This document shows, in pieces, positions 1 through 10,196 of a DNA stretch of 64,000 bases. Every line of letters begins with the position of its first letter. Position 1 is the first letter of the stretch. Under the pieces are notes generated by a model. The model was not told where the DNA came from. It saw only the letters and a program-made list of their open reading frames with translations, and did no database searches. The position numbers were made by a program, and so were the translations under genes. The stretch is taken from assembly GCA_043821645.1 (NCBI GenBank), contig JBDRCO010000043.1, positions 32,001-96,000 of the forward strand. Reading direction: 5' to 3'. This DNA is from Pseudomonadota bacterium (GTDB taxonomy: Bacteria; Myxococcota; JACRCW01; JAFGSX01).

Positions 1-221
1 CGCTGACCATGTACCTGTGCGATGTGTACACGGTGCCTGCCAACCTGGCGGGACTGCCGGCCTTGAGCCTGCCCAGCGGCTTTTGCGAACACCCGCGACC
101 GCTTCCCCTGGGCGTGCAGCTGGTGGGTCGCCACCTCGACGAGGCGACGCTGCTGCGGCTGGCCGGCGCGTACCAGCGCGTCACCGACTTTCACGCCCGT
201 CGCCCGCAGGGGGGCGCATGA
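1..221 (+). CDS. gatA: Glu/Asp-tRNA amidotransferase subunit A, C-terminal fragment (truncated by window edge)
   Basis: [22 protein letters not shown]...LPLGVQLVG amidase/GatA C-terminal motif; stop overlaps gatB start (ATGA). Confidence 0.95.
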   Translation, partial: LTMYLCDVYTVPANLAGLPALSLPSGFCEHPRPLPLGVQLVGRHLDEATLLRLAGAYQRVTDFHARRPQGGA

Positions 222-1678
222 GTGACGGCAGCGACAGGGGCTACGAGGCCGTGATCGGACTCGAGGTGCACGCCCAGCTCCTCACGCAGACCAAGATCTT
301 CTGCGGCTGCGCCAACCACTTTGGCGACCCGCCCAATCACAACGTGTGCCCGGTCTGCCTCGGACACCCCGGCGCCCTGCCCGTGCTCAACCGTCGTGCG
401 GTCGAGCTGGCCATTCGCTTCGGTCTGGCCGTGGGCGCGCAGGTGGCACCGCGCAGCGTGTTCGCGCGCAAGAACTACTTTTACCCCGACCTGCCCAAGG
501 GCTATCAGATCAGCCAGTTCGACCTGCCCATCTGCGTGGGGGGTGCTCTCGACGTCGAGGTCGACGGAGCGATCCGGCACATCGGGCTGGTGCGCGCGCA
601 CCTCGAGGAAGACGCCGGCAAGAACCTGCACGATCACGGCACCGCGGCACGCAGCCACGTCGATTTCAACCGGGCGGGTACGCCACTGCTCGAGATCGTG
701 AGCGCGCCGGATCTGCGCAGCAGCGCCGAGGCCGTGGCGTACCTCAAGGCGCTGCACGGCCTGGTGGTGCAGCTCGATCTGTGCGACGGCAACATGCAGG
801 AGGGCTCGTTTCGCTGCGACGCCAACGTGTCGGTGCGGCCGCGCGGTCAGCACACCCTGGGGACCCGCACCGAGCTGAAGAACCTGAACAGCTTTCGCTT
901 CATTGGCCTCGCCCTGGAGCACGAGATCGCACGCCAGATCGACCTCGTGACCGCCGGCGGCGAGGTCCGGCTGGAGACCCGTCTGTACGACGAGGCCACG
1001 CGCAGCACGCGACCCATGCGCAGCAAAGAGGAGTCGCACGACTACCGCTATTTTCCCGACCCGGACCTGTTGCCCCTGGACCTCGCCGAGGACTGGATCG
1101 ACGCCCTGCGTGCCAGCCAGCCCGAGCTGCCCGCGGCTCGGCGGGCACGCTACCTGGGCCTGGGTGTGGCGGAACAGGATGCCACCCAGCTCGCCGAGGA
1201 CAGGTCGGCAGCGCGTTACTTCGACGCGGTGATCGCCCTGCGTCCTTTGGACTCGCGCGGCGCGGCCAACTGGGTGCTCAACGAGGTGCTGCGGGCGAGC
1301 AAGCAGGCTGGTGTCGATGCCGAGGCCTGCCCTGTGCCACCCGCGGCCGTCGCGGGGATCCTGGACATGCTGCAGCAGCGTCGCATCTCCAGCACCGTGG
1401 CGAGGGACGTCTTCGCCCGGATCGAGGCAGGCCACGGTACAGATCCCACCCGCATCGTCGAACAGCAGGGTTGGGGGCTGGTGCAGGACAGCAAGGCCCT
1501 GGCTCAGGCGGTACAGCGCGTCCTCGACCAGCATCCGTCCCAGGTCGCGAGCTATCGCGCAGGCAAGACGCAGGTCCTGGGTTTCCTGATGGGCCAGGTG
1601 ATGCGGAGCATGCAGGGCAAGGCCGACGCCCGCGCGGTCAACGCCCTGCTGCGCGACTTGCTCGACCAACAGCCGTGA
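218..1678 (+). CDS. gatB: Asp/Glu-tRNA amidotransferase subunit B
   Basis: [56 protein letters not shown] motifs; ATG at 218 overlaps gatA stop. Confidence 0.98.
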   Translation: MSDGSDRGYEAVIGLEVHAQLLTQTKIFCGCANHFGDPPNHNVCPVCLGHPGALPVLNRRAVELAIRFGLAVGAQVAPRSVFARKNYFYPDLPKGYQISQFDLPICVGGALDVEVDGAIRHIGLVRAHLEEDAGKNLHDHGTAARSHVDFNRAGTPLLEIVSAPDLRSSAEAVAYLKALHGLVVQLDLCDGNMQEGSFRCDANVSVRPRGQHTLGTRTELKNLNSFRFIGLALEHEIARQIDLVTAGGEVRLETRLYDEATRSTRPMRSKEESHDYRYFPDPDLLPLDLAEDWIDALRASQPELPAARRARYLGLGVAEQDATQLAEDRSAARYFDAVIALRPLDSRGAANWVLNEVLRASKQAGVDAEACPVPPAAVAGILDMLQQRRISSTVARDVFARIEAGHGTDPTRIVEQQGWGLVQDSKALAQAVQRVLDQHPSQVASYRAGKTQVLGFLMGQVMRSMQGKADARAVNALLRDLLDQQP

Positions 1679-1708
1679 GGGGACGCAGGGGCAGGAAACC
1701 GCGGCTCG

Positions 1709-2863
1709 TCAGCGCCGGCGCGAACGCCGTGGGGATCGTCCCTTTTGCTCCTGCGCCGCGCGGTTGTCCTTGAGCACCCGGCAACCCTCGGCATTCCCCA
1801 TCTCGCAGGCGCGGCGCGCGTCCTCGAGGGCGGTGGTGAAGTCCCCGCTCTTGACGGCGATCGCAGCCCGCAGCTGATAGGCGCGGCCCTTCTGGTAGCC
1901 AGGTTCCAGCGCGATGAGCCGGGTGAGGGTGGTCGAGGCCTCGTCGCTGCGACCGAGTTCCAGCGCGGTGGTCGCGACCAGCATGAGGGCCTCTGGATTC
2001 TTGTCGTCCAGCTTTGACCAGCGCACGAAATCGGCCAGGGCCTTGTTGCCATCCCCGAGCGCCAGCCGGGCCAGAGCACGGCCTCGATATCCCTCGGCCA
2101 GGTCGGGATCCGTGCCCAGGGCGCGCTCGAACTCCGCCAGGGCTTGAGCGTACTGCTTGGCCTCGAGCGCCCTGGTGCCGGCGGCGATGGCCAGCGGCGC
2201 GGCCTGCATCTGCTGGGCCTCGGCGAGGGCCGCGACCAGCTCCGCTGCCGTGCGCAGGCGCACACGCCCCTCGACCTCGATCTCGACGGGGACCTCGCGC
2301 CTGGCGTCGCCCGCGACCACGAACAGCGCCGGGAACACGGTGACCTGGTAGCGCACGGACAGCGGGACCTCGGCCGAATCGGGCTGGACCCGGACGTGAA
2401 CCTTGAGCGCGCTCTCGATGGCTTTGAGCGCCTGGGCGTCACCGAGCACGCTCGCGGCAAATTCCCGGCAGCGCACGCAGCCCGGCTGGTCAAAGTACAC
2501 CACCATGATCTGGGGCGACGTGGACTGCAGGGTGTGCGCGAGCTCGTGGCCAGCGGCCCCCTGCAGCCAGGAGCCAAGAAAGCGCGGATCCCTGTCCAGG
2601 ATGACACGGGTCACCAGGATGCCAGTCAAGATCAGCGCCACGGCTGCGACGCCGATCAGGGCCAGCAACAAGGGCCGTCGGTTGGAGGTCTTCTCGATGC
2701 TGGCAGCGTGGCGAGCGCTCAGCTCCGAGCGCTGGTTGGGGGTGAGGAACTTGGCGAGCACCAGACCGCAGCGCGGACACTCGGCTCCGGTCACCTGGGT
2801 GAAGCCGCAGCTGGGACAGGTCTCGTAGGTCCCTCGCACTCGCTTGTCACGGACGGGGCCCAT
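1709..2863 (-). CDS. Zinc-ribbon / TM / thioredoxin-like / TPR membrane protein
   Basis: CPSCG..CPRCG at N-terminus, one hydrophobic helix, YFDQPGCVRC (CxxC) Trx-like fold, C-terminal TPRs ending ARRACEMGNAEGC; start trimmed from long ORF. Confidence 0.75.
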   Translation of the reverse strand: MGPVRDKRVRGTYETCPSCGFTQVTGAECPRCGLVLAKFLTPNQRSELSARHAASIEKTSNRRPLLLALIGVAAVALILTGILVTRVILDRDPRFLGSWLQGAAGHELAHTLQSTSPQIMVVYFDQPGCVRCREFAASVLGDAQALKAIESALKVHVRVQPDSAEVPLSVRYQVTVFPALFVVAGDARREVPVEIEVEGRVRLRTAAELVAALAEAQQMQAAPLAIAAGTRALEAKQYAQALAEFERALGTDPDLAEGYRGRALARLALGDGNKALADFVRWSKLDDKNPEALMLVATTALELGRSDEASTTLTRLIALEPGYQKGRAYQLRAAIAVKSGDFTTALEDARRACEMGNAEGCRVLKDNRAAQEQKGRSPRRSRRR

Positions 2864-3085
2864 GGCGCCATTGTAGGTGCGGGGCGCACGTCGACACAAG
2901 TTTGTGTTCGCACCGAGCCTCGAGGCAGCAGCGAGTGCGCCGTGCACACCCCGTCCAGGACCGATTGTGGCTTGAGCCCAGTCGTCCCGCATGCTCCTGT
3001 TGGGCCCAGCGCCGCCTACCCTGGTGCCAACCGCCAGGGGTTCTGGAGGGGCTGGGCGCTGGACACCACTGCGAGAGGTTTGCCG

Positions 3086-4144
3086 ATGTACATCGAAAGC
3101 ACCATCCAGGCCGTCGGCTACGACGCGGCCACGGGCACCCTGCTGCTGCTCGACCAGACGCGCATCCCGGCCGAGGAGCGGACGCTGCGCCTCGAGGACG
3201 TGGACGCCATCTGCGAGGCCATCTACATGCTGCGGGTGCGCGGCGCGCCGGCCATAGGCGTGGCCGCGGCCTACGGCATCTGCGCTGTGGCGCGCCACAG
3301 CGAGGCACACAGCGTCGAGGATCTGCGTGCGGACGTCGAGAGCAAGGCCGCGCAGATCGAAGCCACACGCCCCACCGCGATCAACCTGCGCGCCGCGGTG
3401 CAGCGCCTGCGGCCCCTGTGGCAGCGCGGCGTGACCGGCCGCGAGCAGTTGCTGCAGGCCCTGGAGGCCGAGGCCCGGGCCCTGGATCGCTACGAGATCG
3501 AGGCCAGCCAGGCCATGGGCCAGCATGCCTTCGAGATCTTCGGCGACGGCGACGGCGTGATCACGCACTGCAACACCGGCGCCCTCGCTGCGCCAGGCAT
3601 CGGCACGGCCCTGGGAACGGTGCTGTGGGCCCTGCGCCACGGCAAGCGGCTGCGCGTGTTCGCCGACGAGACGCGCCCCCTGTTGCAGGGCGGCCGGCTC
3701 ACGACCTGGGAGTGCCTCAAGAACGACATCCCCTGCACCCTCATCACCGACAACATGGCGGCGGTGGTGCTGCGCGATCGCAAGGTGCAGCTCGCCATCG
3801 TCGGCTCGGACCGCATCGCGGCCAACGGCGACGCCGCCAACAAGATCGGCACCTATGGCCTGGCCGTGCTGTGCAAGCACCACGGAGTGCCGTTCTACAT
3901 CGCAGCCCCCATGACCACGGTGGACTTCGAGTGCCCCACCGGCGCCGAGATCCCCATCGAGCAGCGCAGGCCCGAGGAGGTGCGCGGCGCCTTCGGCACC
4001 ACCTGGGCACCCGAGGCTGTCGACGTGTTCAATCCGGCCTTCGACGTCACCCCGGGCGAGCTCATCGCCGGCATCGTCACCGACCGCGGACTCGCGCGAC
4101 CGCCCTACACGGCGAGCCTGGCGGCCATGCGGTCAGACGGATAG
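3086..4144 (+). CDS. mtnA: S-methyl-5-thioribose-1-phosphate isomerase
   Basis: LLDQT, MLRVRGAPAIG, RPTAINL, THCNTGALA, DETRPLLQG, NGDAANKIGTY, NPAFDVTP motifs. Confidence 0.96.
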   Translation: MYIESTIQAVGYDAATGTLLLLDQTRIPAEERTLRLEDVDAICEAIYMLRVRGAPAIGVAAAYGICAVARHSEAHSVEDLRADVESKAAQIEATRPTAINLRAAVQRLRPLWQRGVTGREQLLQALEAEARALDRYEIEASQAMGQHAFEIFGDGDGVITHCNTGALAAPGIGTALGTVLWALRHGKRLRVFADETRPLLQGGRLTTWECLKNDIPCTLITDNMAAVVLRDRKVQLAIVGSDRIAANGDAANKIGTYGLAVLCKHHGVPFYIAAPMTTVDFECPTGAEIPIEQRRPEEVRGAFGTTWAPEAVDVFNPAFDVTPGELIAGIVTDRGLARPPYTASLAAMRSDG

Positions 4145-4163
4145 GTGCTGGCGCGACGCGCGC

Positions 4164-4805
4164 CTACTCGAGGGTGATGACCACGGTGCCCTTGTCGGAA
4201 TTGAGCAGCGTGTAGATCAGCACGCCCGCTCCCACACCGCCGCCGACCAGCAATGCGGCACCGCCGGCCACGCCGCCCCAGAACCAGGGGCTCTCGAACA
4301 CCGAGCTGTCCTCGTCGACCTGCCCGACGCGGCCACCCTCGCCACCGACCTGGACCTCGTGCACGTCATCATCCACCGGTCGGCGCCCGGAACCCTGCTC
4401 GGCCTGCAGGTCCTCGTCGATCCAGGGCTTGTCGGGGTCCGTTGCCGCAGCACCGTCGGGCTCGATGACGGGCGTGTGCGCCGAACCTGCGTCGCCACGG
4501 TCGTCGGGCGGAGGCGTCAGATCTTCGTCGGGTCCGGGCGGCGTCACCGGTGTGCGATCTGGCTTGGGCTCCGGCTTCGGCTCCGGCTTGGGCTTGGGCT
4601 CCGGCTTGGGCTCCGGCTTCGGCTTCGGCTTGGGATCCGGCGTGACCGCGGGATCGTCCTCGTCGCCATCGGGCAGGTCGAGCTCACCATCGGGCAACTC
4701 GTCCTGCACCGCCACTGCGGGTAGCCTGTCCCACTGTGCTCTGGCTGCAGGCGCCAGGACCAAGGCCAGACCCACCAGCCACGTCGTCATGCTTCGCGGG
4801 CTCAC
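4164..4805 (-). CDS. Secreted Pro/acidic-rich protein with PKPE repeats and C-terminal WFW-TM segment
   Basis: Signal peptide (..LAPAARA), PKPE repeats, SPWFWGGVAGGAALLV tail; GTG start overlaps upstream stop (alt ATG 4790). Confidence 0.7.
   Translation of the reverse strand: MSPRSMTTWLVGLALVLAPAARAQWDRLPAVAVQDELPDGELDLPDGDEDDPAVTPDPKPKPKPEPKPEPKPKPEPKPEPKPDRTPVTPPGPDEDLTPPPDDRGDAGSAHTPVIEPDGAAATDPDKPWIDEDLQAEQGSGRRPVDDDVHEVQVGGEGGRVGQVDEDSSVFESPWFWGGVAGGAALLVGGGVGAGVLIYTLLNSDKGTVVITLE
4561..4632 (-). repeat. Coding tandem repeat (PK/PE)n
   Basis: Repeated ggcttgggctcc/ggcttcggctcc units. Confidence 0.85.
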
Positions 4806-6508
4806 AGCTGCGGCTCCAGTTTGTCAGTGTAGATCTCGGCGGTATCCACCACCATGTGATTGCCGTTGCCGTCCTTGTCTTCACCACCGATGGCGACCAC
4901 CGCGCCACCACCGACGTGCACCAGGGACAGACCGCCCCGCGCCTGGCGCAGCAGCACGGACTCCTCGGCCACGGTGATGTCGGGCATGAAGCCACCCTGC
5001 TGCCCGCTGTCACCCGCCGCGTCGAAGATATCGAAGCGGTTGGAGGGTGTCAGACCAAGGTCGCGATACCCTCCGGCGAAGAACCCTCGCCCGTCGACAC
5101 CCAGGGGCACGGCCTCGTGCAGCAGGCGCGGGCCACCCATGCGAAAGGGCGGGCCCCCCACCGAATTTCCGATGGTCTCGATGTAGTTGGCGTACAGGAA
5201 GGCGCTGTCGGTCGGCGGCAGGAACTGCAATGGCAGGGTGCTGCCATCGCGCAGGAGGCCGCCGGCAATGACCACACCGTAGGATCCAATACGCGTCGCC
5301 GCGGCAAAGAACAGGTTGCTGGCCGGACCCGCACCGCCGACCGGGTTGCCGACGTCGACCGCCACAAAAGCGGGTTCTCCACGCGCATCGAGGTCAGGAC
5401 GCCACCACTCCGGGCACTGGGTCACGCCCGCCGAATCGCAGCTGGTGCCACTGGCCCCGGCGTCGGTGACGCCGCCCCACACGAACACGCGCCCGTCGTC
5501 GAGCAGGGTCGCGGTGTGGCCGATGCGGGGGTAGCGCATGGGCGAGCTCGAGGTGCAGACCACCTGCCCACCCGCGACCTGGCACAGCGCGGTCTTCTTG
5601 CTCGCGTCCGCGGCCGAGACCTGGGCGCCACCGCCGGCGATGAGCAGGCGGCCGTCGTCGAGGCGGGTGACGGTGTGAAACACGCGAGGCACGAAGTCCG
5701 GATCGTCGGGCCCGGCGCTGAAGCTGCTGGTGACCGGATCGAAGATCTCCATCGCCACCCGGTGCAGCGAGGGCACCAGGGGGAAGGACTGCGCCGGGTC
5801 GTAGCGCAGCTCGCCGGCGCCACCCACCAGCAGCACGCGCCCGTCGGACAGCAGGGCGGCCTTGTGCAGACCGCGCGCCTCGATCAGATCCCCCACCGAG
5901 CTGAAGGTGCCCTTGAAGGGATCGTAGATCTCGGCGGTGGGCGTGGCCGTGTACTTGCGGCAATTCGGGCTGGTATCGGGACAGTTGACGTTGGCGATCT
6001 CGAAGAAGCCGCCCGCGAGCAGCACGCGCCCGTCCGCAAGGGGAGTGGCGCTGGCGAAAACGCGGCCGCTGGTCATGGGCGAGCGCGAGCAGGTCATGGC
6101 CGCCAGACGCGTGATCAGCACCCCGACCTCGGTCTGCTGACCCGCCTCGATGTTGACGCCGAGGTGCACGCCGCGCCACAGCCCGACCTTGCCGAGCAGC
6201 CCGTTGACCTGGATGTTGCGGCCCGTGCCCGCCTGCACGCCATCGAGCTGCAGGCGCGCCTTGTCCGCCAGATCGACGGTGGGGAAGTCCTTGCGCAGGG
6301 CCGCCTGGCCGGGTGCGGTCACCTGCACCCGGAAGGTATCGATCTCGGCGGTGTAGTTGGGCTTGGCCACCGGCTGCGACGGGCACGGCCCCTCGATGCT
6401 GCGCGGCAGGTAGCCAAAGCGTGCACGGAAGCTCAACCCATCGTCGGGGGTACAGCCCCACAGGCTGAGCGCGAGCAGTGTGGTCCCCACCCTGGTGACA
6501 ACATGCAT
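4802..6508 (-). CDS. Kelch/galactose-oxidase-type beta-propeller lipoprotein
   Basis: Lipobox LSLWGC; repeated R..H.AT.L.DGRVL..GG kelch motifs. Confidence 0.85.
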   Translation of the reverse strand: MHVVTRVGTTLLALSLWGCTPDDGLSFRARFGYLPRSIEGPCPSQPVAKPNYTAEIDTFRVQVTAPGQAALRKDFPTVDLADKARLQLDGVQAGTGRNIQVNGLLGKVGLWRGVHLGVNIEAGQQTEVGVLITRLAAMTCSRSPMTSGRVFASATPLADGRVLLAGGFFEIANVNCPDTSPNCRKYTATPTAEIYDPFKGTFSSVGDLIEARGLHKAALLSDGRVLLVGGAGELRYDPAQSFPLVPSLHRVAMEIFDPVTSSFSAGPDDPDFVPRVFHTVTRLDDGRLLIAGGGAQVSAADASKKTALCQVAGGQVVCTSSSPMRYPRIGHTATLLDDGRVFVWGGVTDAGASGTSCDSAGVTQCPEWWRPDLDARGEPAFVAVDVGNPVGGAGPASNLFFAAATRIGSYGVVIAGGLLRDGSTLPLQFLPPTDSAFLYANYIETIGNSVGGPPFRMGGPRLLHEAVPLGVDGRGFFAGGYRDLGLTPSNRFDIFDAAGDSGQQGGFMPDITVAEESVLLRQARGGLSLVHVGGGAVVAIGGEDKDGNGNHMVVDTAEIYTDKLEPQL

Positions 6509-6650
6509 GAGCCTGCCTCGTCGCGTTGCGGCCAGGCGATCGTGCCCGGTCCACGCGTCCATTCTCGACGCCAGCGCCACGCCCTGGCCTGCCGCTTCCA
6601 TACCACGCTGGCCGGGCCGTCGCCACAACCTGCGGACGCGCCGCCTGGCA

Positions 6651-8009
6651 TCAGCGGGCGGTGCCGAAGATGTCGACCCGCTTGAACTGCCCGCCCCGGA
6701 CGCGCAGGTAAAATCCCAGCGCGATCAAGGCGTAGCACAGCGAGGCCGCCGCCCACAGCTCGACCACCTGGCCATGCCCCAGGGCGTTCATGGCCGTCAC
6801 CAGCGGCACGGCCACCAGCCACACCACGCCCATGGAATAGATCATGGGGAAGCGGGTGTCGCCGCCGCCGGTCATCACGCCATTACCAACGATCTGCAGG
6901 CCGTCAAAGATCTGAAATACCGCTGCGGCCGTCGCCAGGCCGCCCGCCAGCGCCAGCACCTCGGGGTCGACGCTGAACAGGCGGAACAGGTACGAGCCAA
7001 AACCCAGCAGCAGCAGCGCACAGGGCGCCAGGTAGGCCAGGGCCACCAGGTAGGTCTCGCGGGCATAGCGGCCTGCCTTGTCCGGATTTTTTTCACCCAG
7101 GGCATTGCCCACCAGCACGCTCACCGCCTGGCTCAGCCCGTACAGCGGCATGAAGGAAAAACTCAGAAGCTGCACCACGATCTGACTCGCGGCCAGGGAC
7201 GCCACGCCGGCGCGGCCGACGATGGAGGTGAACACCGCGAAGAAGACCATGTCCAGAAAGCCCTGCACGCTGGCGGGCATGCCGACCCGCAACAGGTCGC
7301 GGAGCTGCCCGGCGTGTGGTGGGCGCGGGACATGGATGAGGTAGCGCGCGCGGTGAGCGGCGGGGAGCAGGGTTGCTGCCAGCAGGAACAGCGCCTGCAC
7401 CCAGGTGGCGACGCTGGTGGCGATGGCCGCGCCGTCGAGGCCGGAGGCCGCGATGCCCAGCGACGACACGCCGAAGATCAGCATGACATCGAGCACCACG
7501 TTGACCACGTTGGCCACGATGCCAGCCCACATCGGTGTGGTCACATCCTTGCGGCCCTGGAAGAAGCCCGCGAGACAGAAGGCCAGCTGGTTGCCCACGG
7601 CACTCAGACCGCGCAGCTTGAGGTAGCGGTGCGTGGCGTCCTCGACCGCGGGGCCATTGCCTGTCCACCACAGGAACAGGTCGCTGTGCCAGCACACGAG
7701 GGTGAGCAGCAGTCCCGCGGCCAGCGCCAGGTAGGTGCTCTGCCAGGTGTAGTCGCCGATCGCGCGGTCGTCACCGCGGCCGTTGGCCTGAGAGACAAAG
7801 GTGGCGTTGATGCGCGAGAGGTTGTTGAACAGCGAGTACAGGGTCCAGCCGATGATGCCGCCCAGCCCGGCGGCGCCCTGGGCCAGGCTCGACACGCGGC
7901 CGAGCAGGGCCGTGTCCACGGTCCACATCAGGGTCATGGACAGCATGGTCACCACCGTCGGGGTGGCCAAGCGAAAGATCTCGGAGCCGTGTTGAAGCTT
8001 GAAGCGCAT
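6651..8009 (-). CDS. MATE family efflux transporter
   Basis: IFRLATP..VDTALLGR, VSQANG, GFFQGRKD..TPM, FQIFDGLQ, GGGDTRFPM; about 12 TM. Confidence 0.93.
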   Translation of the reverse strand: MRFKLQHGSEIFRLATPTVVTMLSMTLMWTVDTALLGRVSSLAQGAAGLGGIIGWTLYSLFNNLSRINATFVSQANGRGDDRAIGDYTWQSTYLALAAGLLLTLVCWHSDLFLWWTGNGPAVEDATHRYLKLRGLSAVGNQLAFCLAGFFQGRKDVTTPMWAGIVANVVNVVLDVMLIFGVSSLGIAASGLDGAAIATSVATWVQALFLLAATLLPAAHRARYLIHVPRPPHAGQLRDLLRVGMPASVQGFLDMVFFAVFTSIVGRAGVASLAASQIVVQLLSFSFMPLYGLSQAVSVLVGNALGEKNPDKAGRYARETYLVALAYLAPCALLLLGFGSYLFRLFSVDPEVLALAGGLATAAAVFQIFDGLQIVGNGVMTGGGDTRFPMIYSMGVVWLVAVPLVTAMNALGHGQVVELWAAASLCYALIALGFYLRVRGGQFKRVDIFGTAR

Positions 8010-8062
8010 GGGCCTCTGCGGGGTGCGGACGCTCGGATCGCGAGCAGCATGGTCGGTTCGGA

Positions 8063-8512
8063 TCAGGAATCCTCGACCCCCGCGTCGCTGTGAATGCAGC
8101 GCTGCTCACCGTCGCAGCGCAGACCTGGCTGGCACGGCCACTGCGCGCAGCTCGCGCCCGCAGCCCCGAGGCACCAGGATCCGTCGTCGAGCTCGGGCTG
8201 CGCGCCACAGCTCCGTTGCCCGGCTGCGCAGTCGACGCGCACGGGTTCACCGTCGTCACACCAGCGCAGCACCGCCCCGTCCTCGCAGCGCCCCAGCACG
8301 CCGAGGCCGTCGCAGCCAGACGCCGCATCCGGCGGGGACCAGGGCAGGTCGGGCTGCGGACTCACGTCGAAGGGCACGCTGTGATCCCGGCCTCGCGCGT
8401 CGGCGTTCGAGCCTCCACCGTCGGTGGTCTCGCCGTCCGGGCAGGCGGCGGCGGCGAGCACCAGCAGACCCGCCACCCCGATATGCCAGCAGGGCCTGTG
8501 CCTGAACGCCAT
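8063..8512 (-). CDS. Small Cys-rich lipoprotein
   Basis: Lipobox LAAAAC; GRCEDGAVLRWC..DC..SC Cys pattern; start trimmed from long ORF. Confidence 0.7.
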   Translation of the reverse strand: MAFRHRPCWHIGVAGLLVLAAAACPDGETTDGGGSNADARGRDHSVPFDVSPQPDLPWSPPDAASGCDGLGVLGRCEDGAVLRWCDDGEPVRVDCAAGQRSCGAQPELDDGSWCLGAAGASCAQWPCQPGLRCDGEQRCIHSDAGVEDS

Positions 8513-8656
8513 GTCCGCGCTCTCCCTCGCTCGCGACGCTGCTCGCGCGTGGCCCGTCCGATGGCCGTGCTGTGCTATACCTGAGCCAGGCGCCCAGATC
8601 CCGCACAAACCGAAGCGCGGCGACGGAGACGGCGGGCGCTGGGCCTGGGGAGCGCG

Positions 8657-9262
8657 ATGCCACCATTGTTCCCGCCTGACGTCCGGCGCTGGCCAGCGCA
8701 CCCTCTCGCCGCGCCAGAGCACCCCGTACCGCTCAAAGAACTTCCTGCGGTGACGCTGCGACCGCTGCAGGACAGCGACTACCCCGTGCTCGAGGACTGG
8801 GTGCAGATCCCCGACGTGTGCCAGCAACTCGAGTACGAGGCGCCACCCAACAGACACGAGCTCAAGGTCGCCGTGCTGGGGCGGCAGTTCGAACTCCTGA
8901 TGATACAGGGCGACGCGCAGCCGGTAGGTTTCTTCCTGGTCTACTTTCGCGGCCTGGTGGCCCACCGCAGCCGCGAGTTCGACATCGCCGTGCCGGCGAA
9001 GGTGCAGCGCCAGCAGGGCCTGGCCCAGGCCGCCATCCGCGCCCTCGAGCACTGGGCTTTCGACGAGCAAGGGCTGGTCGGCGTGTGGGCCAAGATCTTC
9101 GCCGACAACCACCCCTGCCTGGAGCTGGTGCGCGCCTGCGGCTGGCCCCGCTCGGCGACCGTGGAGCGGGCCTACCCCGTGGGCGACGCGCTGCGCGACG
9201 TGGTCTTCACCTGGATGACGCCGGAGATCCGCGCGACCTTGAAACAGCGTCGGGGGTTCTAG
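8657..9262 (+). CDS. GNAT family N-acetyltransferase (RimJ/RimL-like)
   Basis: VTLRPLQDSD, VQRQQGLAQAAI acetyl-CoA motif, WAFDEQGL..V.AKIFADN; start may be downstream. Confidence 0.8.
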   Translation: MPPLFPPDVRRWPAHPLAAPEHPVPLKELPAVTLRPLQDSDYPVLEDWVQIPDVCQQLEYEAPPNRHELKVAVLGRQFELLMIQGDAQPVGFFLVYFRGLVAHRSREFDIAVPAKVQRQQGLAQAAIRALEHWAFDEQGLVGVWAKIFADNHPCLELVRACGWPRSATVERAYPVGDALRDVVFTWMTPEIRATLKQRRGF

Positions 9263-9296
9263 CGACTGGCGCAACGGTGCGTGCAGGTCCCGCGGT

Positions 9297-10196
9297 TCAT
9301 GGGAGACACAGGTTGGGGGTGGTGCCGGTGTCGCAGGTCCGGTCCGAGGGGCAGCCGCCGTTCTGGAGACAGGGCAGACGGCAGCTGGTGGTTCCCTCAG
9401 CGCAGATCAGGGGCACCAGGCAGCCAGTATCCACTTGGCAGCTTTCGCCCTCGGCCGAGGGACAGCCGTCGGCGTCGCACCTCACGCAGTCCACGCAGCT
9501 CGTCTCGGTCTCGTCGGTGTCACAGTTGCCGTCAAAATTACAGGCGCAGTCCCACGGGCAGCTGAACGCGCTCTCGCCGGTGTCGCAGATGCCATCGTCG
9601 TCGCAGGAGCAGTCGTGTGGGCAGGTGTAGGCGTTCTCCTTGAAGGGATCGCAGATGTCGTCCTCGAGACATTCACATTCGCTGCAGGCGCCCGTCCGGT
9701 AGGCCGTGCAGTGTGCGTCGGTGGCGCCGGAGCACACCTCGGGACAATCGCGGCCGCAGTTGTCCGGGTCCTCGAGGCTGTCGGGCTGACAGAGCAGATC
9801 GCCGCACTTGGGTTCACCGTCCTGCAGACAGCTGCCGAGGTCACGATCGGCCTGGTCGAGGTTGTCGCCGCCGATGCAGCCCATGTAGCTGTCGTAGTCC
9901 GCCGCGCAGGGAAGCCTGGCTCCCACATCCGAGCAGCTCGGCTCGCTATCGCGCAGGCAGCGGACCCATGTATCCCAGCGCTCGCGGCACTCAGACCCCT
10001 CGGGGCGCATGCAATCGACCACGTCGAGGCAGATATCCGTTTCCCTGATGCTGTTGCAGCCGCTCCAGATCCGCTTCACCTCGTCACAGATCTCGTCGTC
10101 GGTGAAGAGCGCGGGCCCGAGCAGCCCCTCGACCAGGGCACAGCCTGCCAGCGCGATCAGGATGAGGGCGATGGCGACCTGGATGCGGCGTCGCAT
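9297..10196 (-). CDS. Cys-rich lipoprotein with repeated C.DG.CD..E...CP.DC modules
   Basis: Lipobox LAGC; repeats CDDDGICDTGESAFSCPWDC, CNFDGNCDTDE. Confidence 0.8.
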   Translation of the reverse strand: MRRRIQVAIALILIALAGCALVEGLLGPALFTDDEICDEVKRIWSGCNSIRETDICLDVVDCMRPEGSECRERWDTWVRCLRDSEPSCSDVGARLPCAADYDSYMGCIGGDNLDQADRDLGSCLQDGEPKCGDLLCQPDSLEDPDNCGRDCPEVCSGATDAHCTAYRTGACSECECLEDDICDPFKENAYTCPHDCSCDDDGICDTGESAFSCPWDCACNFDGNCDTDETETSCVDCVRCDADGCPSAEGESCQVDTGCLVPLICAEGTTSCRLPCLQNGGCPSDRTCDTGTTPNLCLP

